From Promethearchaeota archaeon (GTDB lineage: Archaea; Asgardarchaeota; Lokiarchaeia; Sigyniarchaeales; SOKP01), in assembly GCA_048938445.1 (NCBI GenBank), contig JBHLME010000007.1, positions 1 to 61,000 on the forward strand: a DNA stretch of 61,000 nucleotides, written 5' to 3'. The notes beneath the pieces are model-generated. The model was not told the DNA's origin and searched no databases. It saw only the letters and a program-made list of their open reading frames with translations. Both the position numbers and the translations under genes were made by a program. Below are positions 21,605 to 30,140 of this stretch, piece by piece; position 1 is the first letter of the stretch; each line of letters begins with the position of its first letter.

Positions 21605-22081
21605 ATGAATGGGTATGAGAATCCAGAATTAGATGAGATTTATAAAATTAATGAAAATATCTATATTGGTGCTTATTGGCCAAGGTTAAACTTTAAAAAA
21701 ATGAGTAATGAAGGGATCACTGCTATTGTTAATTTAATGGAACACCGTCATTATAGACCTCCTCTTCGCAGATTTAAATATTTATATAAAGGTTTTCCGG
21801 ATAATACATACCCCCCTCATGAATATTTAGATGAAATTTTACATTTTATGGAAGAACATATTAAAAAGAAAAATGGAAAGGTCTTAGTACACTGTGCTAT
21901 GGGGATCTCTAGAAGTGGAGGAATTGTAGTCGCATATCTCTTAAAGGAAAATAAAAATTGGAGTTGGAATGATGCGGTAGATTATGTAAGAAAATCGCGA
22001 GAAATATATCCTGCTATTGAAATCAAGGAATCAATTTTAGATTATTTCGAATCATTAGAAGGATATCGAAGGGAAGCTTAA
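21605..22081 (+). CDS. Dual-specificity phosphatase
   Basis: HCx5R signature VLVHCAMGISRS, followed by AYL...AV.YV...R. Confidence 0.92.
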   Translation: MNGYENPELDEIYKINENIYIGAYWPRLNFKKMSNEGITAIVNLMEHRHYRPPLRRFKYLYKGFPDNTYPPHEYLDEILHFMEEHIKKKNGKVLVHCAMGISRSGGIVVAYLLKENKNWSWNDAVDYVRKSREIYPAIEIKESILDYFESLEGYRREA

Positions 22082-22178
22082 AATATATTATACCTCTTTT
22101 TTAAAAGTGAAAATAATAAATCATTTAGATAATTTTGTAATATAATTAATAGAATTAAATTAGATAAGGTTAAAAAAA

Positions 22179-23438
22179 ATGGGAAATTTATCAAGAAAAA
22201 TTGTGTTAGTTGGAGCCGGAATGAGTAAATTTGGACAACATTTCCCGGTGAAAAGAAATCCTGATCTTTGGGTTGATGCATGGATCGATGCAGTAAAAAG
22301 TGTTGATAATGGTATTGAACCTAAGGATGTAGATGCCTGTTATGTCGGTAATTTCACAGCGGATTTATTTAATCATCAAGGTCATTTAGGTCCTAATATG
22401 GCAAATCTTGTAGGGCTTACACCAAAACCAGCTCCTCGATTTGAAGGAGCATGTGCTAGTAGTGGTATTGCCTTAAGACAGGCAATGCTAGCAATCGCTT
22501 CTGGTGTTCACGATGTGATTGCTGTATGCGGAGTAGAAACAATGTCAGAAGTTCCAACAACGATTGTTACGGATGCATTAGCTGCTGCTGCTGATACGAC
22601 TTATGAATATCCTGCTGGAGCAACCTTCCCAGGATTATATGCTGCTGTTGCTTCAGCACATTTTAAAGAGTATGGTACAACTCCCGAAGATTTAATGAGA
22701 GTGGGAATCAAGAATCACGAGAATGGAAAGGAAAATCCGTTTGCTCAAATGCAACAGTCAATTAAAGAAATTATGGAAAGTAAAAAAGCACGATTTGAAA
22801 GTCAAGGAAGAGAAGTTCCAGATTGGAAAGATGAATTCGATTTTCTTTCCAGTTCTGCGAATCCTTATATTGCATCACCATTAAGATTATTTGATTGCTC
22901 TTTAATTACTGATGGGGCTGCCTGCTTGTTCCTGGCAGGAGCAGATGTTGCTAAACAATTTACCGATACACCTATATGGATAACTGGTACGGGGCAAGGA
23001 AGCGCATCTTTATCATTACATGATAGAAGTTCTTTAACAAGTTTTATTGCTACAAAAGAAGCATCAAAGCAGGCATATCAAATGTCAGGATTAACTCCCA
23101 AAGATATTCAAATAGCTGAAGTTCACGATTGTTTCACGATTGCAGAAATTTTAGCAATGGAGGACTTAGGCTTCTATGAAAAAGGTAAGGCAACGGAAGC
23201 TATAAAGAATGGTGAAACTAAAAGGGATGGAACTCTCCCTATTAACACATCTGGGGGTTTAAAGTCAAAAGGACATCCTGTAGGTGCAACGGGAGCAGCT
23301 CATGCCGTAGAAATTTTCAAACAAATGAGAGGACGTGCTGAAAGAAATCGTCAAGTTAAATTTGATGTTGAAAGAGCATTAACTCATAATCTGGGGGGCT
23401 CTGGAGGTACATGTGTAGTAACAATTTATCAAAAATAA
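22179..23438 (+). CDS. Thiolase (archaeal/SCP-x-type acetyl-CoA acyltransferase)
   Basis: EGACASS, PLRLFDCS.ITDGAA, EVHDCFTIAE, GHPVGATG, HNLGG. Confidence 0.93.
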   Translation: MGNLSRKIVLVGAGMSKFGQHFPVKRNPDLWVDAWIDAVKSVDNGIEPKDVDACYVGNFTADLFNHQGHLGPNMANLVGLTPKPAPRFEGACASSGIALRQAMLAIASGVHDVIAVCGVETMSEVPTTIVTDALAAAADTTYEYPAGATFPGLYAAVASAHFKEYGTTPEDLMRVGIKNHENGKENPFAQMQQSIKEIMESKKARFESQGREVPDWKDEFDFLSSSANPYIASPLRLFDCSLITDGAACLFLAGADVAKQFTDTPIWITGTGQGSASLSLHDRSSLTSFIATKEASKQAYQMSGLTPKDIQIAEVHDCFTIAEILAMEDLGFYEKGKATEAIKNGETKRDGTLPINTSGGLKSKGHPVGATGAAHAVEIFKQMRGRAERNRQVKFDVERALTHNLGGSGGTCVVTIYQK

Positions 23439-23450
23439 GGTGGTCATAAA

Positions 23451-23876
23451 ATGTCAGAAAACAGTAAAGAAATAACAGTCTATAATTACTTAGATTTTTT
23501 GAATAAAAAAGAATTGAAAGGTTCAAAGTGCAAGAAATGTGGAGAACTTTTTGCTCCTCCTAGAAAATTGTGTAGTACATGTGGATCAATTGATATGGAG
23601 TGGGTAAAAATGTCGGGTAAAGGTACTTTAGCTGCCTTTTCGTGTATTAGCGTTGGTACAAAATTTTTTGTAGATAAGGGGTATTCCACGAAAAAACCAT
23701 ATTGTTTTGGTGTTGTAAAACTCGATGAAGGACCAATGATTTCAGCACAATTAGTAGGTGTCGATGAATCTAAACCAGAGACCATAAAAATTGGAACCCC
23801 CCTTAAAATAAAATTCTTGGAAACGCCAATACCTGGAGATGAACCGAGAATTGATTTAGGATTTGAACCTATTTAG
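23451..23876 (+). CDS. DUF35-type Zn-ribbon/OB-fold thiolase partner
   Basis: CKKCG...PPR..CSTC, SGKG, V.LDEG. Directly downstream of the thiolase, with AAGGTGG before the start. Confidence 0.92.
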   Translation: MSENSKEITVYNYLDFLNKKELKGSKCKKCGELFAPPRKLCSTCGSIDMEWVKMSGKGTLAAFSCISVGTKFFVDKGYSTKKPYCFGVVKLDEGPMISAQLVGVDESKPETIKIGTPLKIKFLETPIPGDEPRIDLGFEPI

Positions 23877-24038
23877 AATAATCTTTAATAATTTTAATAT
23901 TTTTTAATTTTATCTCTTTTTTTTTGATGGAATAATATTACATTATTTCAAATTAGTTTTTCCAAAAGTATATTTAGAGAATCTTTTATTATATTTTTAC
24001 ACAGATTTTAATTTCACAATAATAGAGGTAAACCAATC

Positions 24039-24431
24039 ATGTCTGAATTTGAGCAAAATGTTTTAAAAAAACTTGATGAAATTAACCAAAAACTTGATAA
24101 AGTTTTAAAAATGGGTGAATCTCACCAAACTCCTGCACCAGCATCACCCACTCCTACACCAGCTCCCGCAGCTCCTGTCCATCAACCGCCCGCTTCCAGC
24201 TCAACTCCTGGGATCACTAATGTGAGCCCTTCTGCTTTAGTGGAAAGACAAACGGAAATGGAAAAAGCTATTGAAAAACCGCCATTAGAAGGACGTAGAG
24301 TTTGTCCGGCTTGTGGAGGTACCACCTTTAATACTGTAGAAGATAAAACTCAATTACTAAGTGCAATGGGTGGCATAAAGATATATGCAAAAAAAAATAT
24401 TTGTAAGGGATGCGGAAAAGAAGTTCCCTAA
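24039..24431 (+). CDS. Small protein: N-terminal coiled segment, Pro-rich linker, C-terminal Zn ribbon
   Basis: LKKLDEINQKLDKVL; TPAPASPTPTPAPAAP; CPACG...CKGCG. Confidence 0.8.
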   Translation: MSEFEQNVLKKLDEINQKLDKVLKMGESHQTPAPASPTPTPAPAAPVHQPPASSSTPGITNVSPSALVERQTEMEKAIEKPPLEGRRVCPACGGTTFNTVEDKTQLLSAMGGIKIYAKKNICKGCGKEVP

Positions 24432-24439
24432 TTTAGTTC

Positions 24440-24456
24440 TTTTTCTTTTTTTTTTT
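24440..24456 (+). terminator. Oligo(dT) archaeal-type terminator
   Basis: TTTTTCTTTTTTTTTTT run beginning 9 nt after the stop of 24039-24431. Confidence 0.4.
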
Positions 24457-24643
24457 GTATTATTATTCAAAATGAATTAATATACAAATAATATAAACAT
24501 AGAAAATCTAATAGATATTAGTTTTTAATTCTTATTATGTTCATGACCTCCTATTTTTTTGATTTATTTTTAATATACAAAAGAGTTATATATAAACGAT
24601 AACTTACTTGAGTTATTAAAACAATGAATTAAAGGGTGAATAC

Positions 24644-25288
24644 ATGAGTTTATTAGATAAAATTAAAGGATTGATAGGAAGTAATGAAATACAAGAAATC
24701 ATTAAAGAATTCAGCGATACTATTGATGCGGAAAAAAAATTAGTTAAAGAATCAAGACAACGAATTAGTAGCCTTATAGCATATTCAAAGGTTGAAACAC
24801 CCACCTTAAGAGAAGCTATCGAATCATTAGGAAATACTTTTGAAAACATTGATAATGCTAGAGAAGAAAAAATTGATCAAATGCAAGAAAAGTTCATCCA
24901 ACCTCTAAATCTCTTATTGGAAGAATTTAAAACTTTATCAATGGAATTACGTGAATCAGATAAAGCTAAAAAGGATTTAGATAAAGCAAAAGCTAAACTA
25001 ACTAAATTGAAGGGAAAACCAAAGGAAAAAATGAAACCATATCAAGTAGAAGATGCAGAAGATGCAGTAGGTAAAGCTGCACAAGAAGTATTGACAAAAG
25101 AAAAAGAAGCAAAGGAAGCAAGCGAAATATTCAATCGGAAAAAATTAGAGACTATGAAAGCGGTTTTAGATGATGTAATTTCAATTGAAAAAGATTTTCA
25201 TGAAAAAGTAATAAAATTTATGGCAACTGCCCAGAAAAAGACTGAAGCAATCGATTTAGAAGAAAAACCAGCTGAACTGCCCGAATAA
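24644..25288 (+). CDS. All-helical coiled-coil protein, BAR-domain-like
   Basis: 214 aa in three long amphipathic helices; FIQPL kink followed by Lys-rich DKAKKDLDKAKAKLTKLK. Confidence 0.65.
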   Translation: MSLLDKIKGLIGSNEIQEIIKEFSDTIDAEKKLVKESRQRISSLIAYSKVETPTLREAIESLGNTFENIDNAREEKIDQMQEKFIQPLNLLLEEFKTLSMELRESDKAKKDLDKAKAKLTKLKGKPKEKMKPYQVEDAEDAVGKAAQEVLTKEKEAKEASEIFNRKKLETMKAVLDDVISIEKDFHEKVIKFMATAQKKTEAIDLEEKPAELPE

Positions 25289-25376
25289 AAAATAAAAATA
25301 ATTTTTTTTATTTTTTATTTTATTTTTTTAAAACTTGATATATTTTCCCCTTAAGATCTTTAATATGTTACTTTAA

Positions 25377-26783
25377 TTATTCAATTAAAAGTCCACGTTG
25401 TTTGAGTCCTTCTCTCATGTCTGCTTGAAATGGTCCTGGAGTTCCTTCGATAAAAGCATCAACAATATCTTGGTTTTCAATAACTCTAGAATCTCGCTTT
25501 TTTGCCTTCTCTTCAGCCAGTGATGAAATTACCATCTTTGCTATTGATTGAAATTGAGGTGGTGATAATTGTATTAATTCATTGAAAATTTCTTTAGTTT
25601 CAGGAATCCATTTAATTCCATCTCCTTGTTCTACTTTTTCTTTTGCATGACCAATCCCAAATTCACGGCTGGTTATGATATCATCAAGATAATTTTGAAT
25701 GGAATCAACATATTTTGTTGTTGCTTCTTCATTTAATATCACGGCTTTTTTTGCCCATTCCTTACAATAATTACATTCATCACACATCGCGATACAGTTT
25801 TGTTTTTTAAAAAAATCTATGAACCCATTTAATTTATTGTTATCAATATATAATTTAGCTGTAGATTCCTTTCCCAGCGTTCTACCTATTCCCGCGTTGG
25901 GATCAGTCTGTTCTAAGCCTCCATGTGACATTGAAAATCCTTGAATGATATCCACGAGATTACCATCATACTTTCTTTCGGAAAATGCTTTTACCGCTCT
26001 GACAATCCAATCTGTTGACATTCGCCTTCCAGCGATTTTAAAATCAGTTATTCCAATTTCTTCATAATGAGATAAATCCTCAGGACGGACCCAACGACAT
26101 TTGATAATTTCTTCTGGTTGAGAATATTTAATAATATTACAATTTAAAATGCATGTATCTATATAATTTCGCTCAAATTCTTGATGTGTTTGAGATGCGT
26201 GTCCTAATGTATTATAATGATAATGCCGAAAAGGGCACTGATATAAACAACCATCTGTTAAAAGCAAAACTATTTTACACTTTATTGCTTCTTTAATTTT
26301 ACTCAATGTTTTGAAATCCCGATTAATCATCACATCGGGCGTTATTTCGTCAGCACCGAGCATTTCATAGAACTTAGCACGGTTTACACTATTTACATGT
26401 GATATCGTAGAAACTCGGACTTTTAACTTTGGGAATTGCTCTTTAATAAGCTGTATTAAAAATGGAATAGTTACAATCACACTATCGGCTCCAATATCAC
26501 TAATCCATTGAAGATAATTGATAATTTCTTTATGGTAATGTGAATCATATTCCATATTATTCATGCAAGGAGCATTGAGTAAATAAGAAAATTCCATTTT
26601 ATTTTTATGTAATTTTTTGACATATTCTATGATATTCTCTTCAGTTACCTTAGGTAATAAAAAGGAAGGACGACCCCCTCCCACGATGCTATGATCTGTC
26701 ACACCATATAAATCTGCTACGGGATATTTAGCTAATTTATCTATTAACTCAAAATCCCAATTAGTAGCTACGTAGAAATTCAT
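25377..26783 (-). CDS. U32-family Fe-S protein with C-terminal DUF2621/PCP_red-like module
   Basis: GGGRP, YLLNAPC, VST...VNS, INRDF, CLYQCP..HASQ...CILNC, WVRPEDL, FKIAGR, CIAMCDECNYC. ATG at 26783 follows AAGGTGA. Confidence 0.85.
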   Translation of the reverse strand: MNFYVATNWDFELIDKLAKYPVADLYGVTDHSIVGGGRPSFLLPKVTEENIIEYVKKLHKNKMEFSYLLNAPCMNNMEYDSHYHKEIINYLQWISDIGADSVIVTIPFLIQLIKEQFPKLKVRVSTISHVNSVNRAKFYEMLGADEITPDVMINRDFKTLSKIKEAIKCKIVLLLTDGCLYQCPFRHYHYNTLGHASQTHQEFERNYIDTCILNCNIIKYSQPEEIIKCRWVRPEDLSHYEEIGITDFKIAGRRMSTDWIVRAVKAFSERKYDGNLVDIIQGFSMSHGGLEQTDPNAGIGRTLGKESTAKLYIDNNKLNGFIDFFKKQNCIAMCDECNYCKEWAKKAVILNEEATTKYVDSIQNYLDDIITSREFGIGHAKEKVEQGDGIKWIPETKEIFNELIQLSPPQFQSIAKMVISSLAEEKAKKRDSRVIENQDIVDAFIEGTPGPFQADMREGLKQRGLLIE

Positions 26784-26883
26784 TAAATTCACCTTCTTTA
26801 ATTTCAGTTTTTTTCATAGTTTTTAATTTTTAATAAAAAATTTAATTAAATATTAACTTTTTTCAAAATTTCACCAATTTTTA

Positions 26884-28938
26884 TTATTTAATTGCAATCT
26901 CATGAGCCTTTGCGTTTAGGGGTAATAATGGTGCACATGCCATTAGCTTTGTGACATCACCCTCGACAACATACGTTCCAGACATAGTTGCTTGGATTGG
27001 ATCTGATTCTCCTGAATTAACCTTTTTAATCGTATTAAAATTTGTTTTGTGGATGATAGTTGGTACCTCAGGTCCAGAATATTCACCCATTCCCCAAGCC
27101 ATCTTACTATTATTAATATATTGCCAGTAATTCATCTCAGGTTTATCAGTTATAGAATATTGGAATACTAATGTCCCAATAGGTTCTAACATTTGCTCTA
27201 TATCTGGCAATTCATTATAAGCTTTCATAAAGCGTGTAAGATAAGCTTCCCATTCTTCTTTTGTCTCTAATTTTATTTCTTCTTTCATCTGCATTTTTTT
27301 TTTCACCTCCTTTCTTTTTTGATTAGAAATTTGTTTATCATTTATATTTCCCTCATCTTTGGCTTTCTGAGGAAGTAATTCACTGCTAAATGGTAAAGAC
27401 TTGACTGCATATATCTCCTCTTCACTCATGTAGCGCGTTAAATCAATATTCCTTTCGATTAAAAAATCAATATAATCATGCTTAAACGGTTGAGGAACTA
27501 ATTCAATTATAATTGCTATTAATAATTCTTTATTTACTTGTTTTAAACCTTGTTTTTCTGCTGTTCTCTCTGCAGTAAATCCTATTCCCTTTATGGCAGC
27601 ATTCTGTATCTCTTTAGGAATAATTGTCATGACTTCATTTAAGAATGCTTGTGCTTCTGGATCCCATTCTATTCCAAAATATGTATCTGATTCTATATCT
27701 TTAGCAGGAACCTTCAATTTTCTTTCTTCTTTAGGTACAAACATTTCCCAAGTATTAAGATAATCATAGAGATATGACATGAATTCTTTATAAGTCTCTG
27801 TATTCCCTCCTTCAGGTTGAGAATATGCTTTCTTCACAAAATTATTACAATAAAAACATGTAACTCCACAAGATTCTGCACATCTAAGTCCTCCGTGAGG
27901 TAAGTTTTGAATAAAACCGTCTAACTCGTCTCCATCTAATATTGCATCAAAATCAGGAACACTTAACATTATACTTTGGTTATCTGCATCACAACCCATT
28001 TTTTCTTGCCGTGCTGAAAATTCAGAAAATTGATTTCCCGCCAGTATCAATGGATCTGATACGAATGAATAACCATTAAATATTTCTCCTAGATTACCAC
28101 GGAAATCCTTACTACTATAAGCTTTTAAAACATTAATTAACCATTTAGTCCCATATCTTCTACCAGAAATTTTAAAATAATCCATACCAATATCAATATA
28201 TTTATCGAGATCGGATGGTTGGATCCATCTTCCCATAATGACTTGCTCGGGATTGAAGCATTTTTGATTTTGACAAGCAATGGTTGCCCAATCATTATAA
28301 TATCCTTCTAAACAATCATGAGTTTGACTTGCATGAGAACATTCCGTATAATGGAAAAAGCGATATGGACATTCATTAAGACAACAATCATTAGTGAGTA
28401 ATTCAATATCACATTTTACTTTTTCTCGAATTTCTTTAAGAATTGGAAAATTTCGATTAAGCATTATGGATAAAGTTAAAACACCATCAGAACCGATAAT
28501 TTCTTCCCACTCTAATGCTCTTTTTAAAGAATTTATTTCAGATATTACAGAAACTTTCAATTTTAATTTAGGATAGTAGTTTTTAACAAAATTTGCTAAA
28601 TATGGATCACTCACAGTTAAATAATCCATTTCCATATCATCCATCCAATCCAATTCTTTTAATGCTTTGGTTTGCTCTTCCGAATTAAATTTATAATATC
28701 CCAAGCATTCACCATTCCATAACCATGTAAATTTTAGATTTAAATTATGGACCTTGTTAATAAATGCTTCAATTTCTGATATATCTCTTTTAGCCATTAA
28801 AAAAAAGGGACGACCAGAACCAGTAAAACTCATGTCATATGTCCCATAAAAATCATGAACAGTTTGCTTTAATTTAAAATCGTCCTCTATTAGATTCAAT
28901 AAATCTGGCTTCCAGTTGCATGCTAATGAGATTCTCAA
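26884..28938 (-). CDS. U32-family Fe-S protein fused to DUF2621/PCP_red-like and SCP2-like domains
   Basis: GSGRP, LNRNF, CLNECP..HASQ, WIQPSDL, FKISGR, CAESCGVTCFYC. Then the IEWDPEA module and a C-terminal DPIQATMSGTYVVEGDVTKLM. TTG start after GAGGTGA. Confidence 0.85.
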   Translation of the reverse strand: MRISLACNWKPDLLNLIEDDFKLKQTVHDFYGTYDMSFTGSGRPFFLMAKRDISEIEAFINKVHNLNLKFTWLWNGECLGYYKFNSEEQTKALKELDWMDDMEMDYLTVSDPYLANFVKNYYPKLKLKVSVISEINSLKRALEWEEIIGSDGVLTLSIMLNRNFPILKEIREKVKCDIELLTNDCCLNECPYRFFHYTECSHASQTHDCLEGYYNDWATIACQNQKCFNPEQVIMGRWIQPSDLDKYIDIGMDYFKISGRRYGTKWLINVLKAYSSKDFRGNLGEIFNGYSFVSDPLILAGNQFSEFSARQEKMGCDADNQSIMLSVPDFDAILDGDELDGFIQNLPHGGLRCAESCGVTCFYCNNFVKKAYSQPEGGNTETYKEFMSYLYDYLNTWEMFVPKEERKLKVPAKDIESDTYFGIEWDPEAQAFLNEVMTIIPKEIQNAAIKGIGFTAERTAEKQGLKQVNKELLIAIIIELVPQPFKHDYIDFLIERNIDLTRYMSEEEIYAVKSLPFSSELLPQKAKDEGNINDKQISNQKRKEVKKKMQMKEEIKLETKEEWEAYLTRFMKAYNELPDIEQMLEPIGTLVFQYSITDKPEMNYWQYINNSKMAWGMGEYSGPEVPTIIHKTNFNTIKKVNSGESDPIQATMSGTYVVEGDVTKLMACAPLLPLNAKAHEIAIK

Positions 28939-28942
28939 ATAA

Positions 28943-30094
28943 TCACCTCTTTATGACACCTTTTTCCATATTATTCATTTTATTTTTTATAATGTCTATG
29001 ATTTTATCCTGGTGTTGAATGTTTCCATTATGTAATTTTTTTGCGTATTCTATACAATACTCATCGATTTCGTTTTCTTCGGGATAATGTAATTGATATG
29101 GAAATTTTTCACAAAATTCATTAATAATTTCTGGTTTTAATTGCATCATTGAATTCTTAACCCCATCTCGTGACCAGTAGTTTCCATATGGTTGGGGTAT
29201 GTTCAAAATTTCTTCAAAATTTACTGAAAGTTCTTTATTATCATAATTATTAATAATTCTCACTATTTTATCAGTTGAAAAACCACCAGTATAGAGAACG
29301 TAAGTTTCATATCCCAAATTTTCATATTGTTCAATATTACTTGGTGAAATCCAACCAGATTTTAAGAGATTTTCAGGATTTTCTAACCGTTCTTTCCAAC
29401 AATAAAGTAAGGGATAATCAAATTCATTTTCGACATCGGATAATTCTTCTTGATTAGGGAATACAGGAGAATTTATCGTCCGATGACTTTGCATGTTATG
29501 ATGTTGATACCAATGTATGCAACCCCAATTACAACCAATGTTTAATGGTAAAATGCAGTCAATTTCTTTAGTTTTCTTAAATTCTTGCTTGATCTTGATA
29601 AAATTTTTTAAAATTCTAAAATATCGAATAATATCTGGATGTAGGATAATATTGTCTGCTCCTATTTCAAAAAAAATCTTACCACGGTTCAAGGATGTTA
29701 CATATTGCGAATATGATAAGTATATCTTTGAGGAAAAATAATTTTCTTTAACAAAACCAATGTTATTTGGCGAAGATACAAGTAAGTTTTTATATTCCAA
29801 TCCTTGCAATGTTTCAAATAATTTCTTAGTAGCTTTATATTGTTCCATGTGAGCTTCAAGGTTCCCTTGACAAGTTGAATCAATTCCTGCTATAGGGATG
29901 ATACCATTATCTTGGATTGTTTTAGTATAATTCTTAAATTCTTCAAACGTAGGATTCTTTTTAGGTAAAAAAATTGATCCATTCCCAATTGGATTTTGAG
30001 GTACATGAACAATAACGTGTGAAACTGAGAGGTTCTTTTTTCCAATTTGGGTAATTAAATCTTCATCGTAATCTCCATCAATTATTAACTTCAT
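28943..30094 (-). CDS. Divergent U32-family protein
   Basis: IGNG, VTSLNRG, HPDIIR, CNWGC..H..SH, WISPSNIEQYE align with the two neighbouring U32 proteins. The FKxxGR motif is absent. Confidence 0.7.
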   Translation of the reverse strand: MKLIIDGDYDEDLITQIGKKNLSVSHVIVHVPQNPIGNGSIFLPKKNPTFEEFKNYTKTIQDNGIIPIAGIDSTCQGNLEAHMEQYKATKKLFETLQGLEYKNLLVSSPNNIGFVKENYFSSKIYLSYSQYVTSLNRGKIFFEIGADNIILHPDIIRYFRILKNFIKIKQEFKKTKEIDCILPLNIGCNWGCIHWYQHHNMQSHRTINSPVFPNQEELSDVENEFDYPLLYCWKERLENPENLLKSGWISPSNIEQYENLGYETYVLYTGGFSTDKIVRIINNYDNKELSVNFEEILNIPQPYGNYWSRDGVKNSMMQLKPEIINEFCEKFPYQLHYPEENEIDEYCIEYAKKLHNGNIQHQDKIIDIIKNKMNNMEKGVIKR

Positions 30095-30140
30095 TGTTTA
30101 CTCTTTTTTTTGTTTAATTTTTATTAAAAAAAAATAAATT

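Noticed and set aside
22179-23876. Thiolase/DUF35 as the mevalonate entry step feeding the prenyltransferase
   Set aside because: No HMG-CoA synthase is adjacent, the genes are on the opposite strand and separated from the operon, and such pairs are common in this lineage.
25377-30094. Collagenase/protease annotation for the U32 genes
   Set aside because: Characterised U32 members are Fe-S hydroxylation enzymes; the Cys motifs and context here fit that better.
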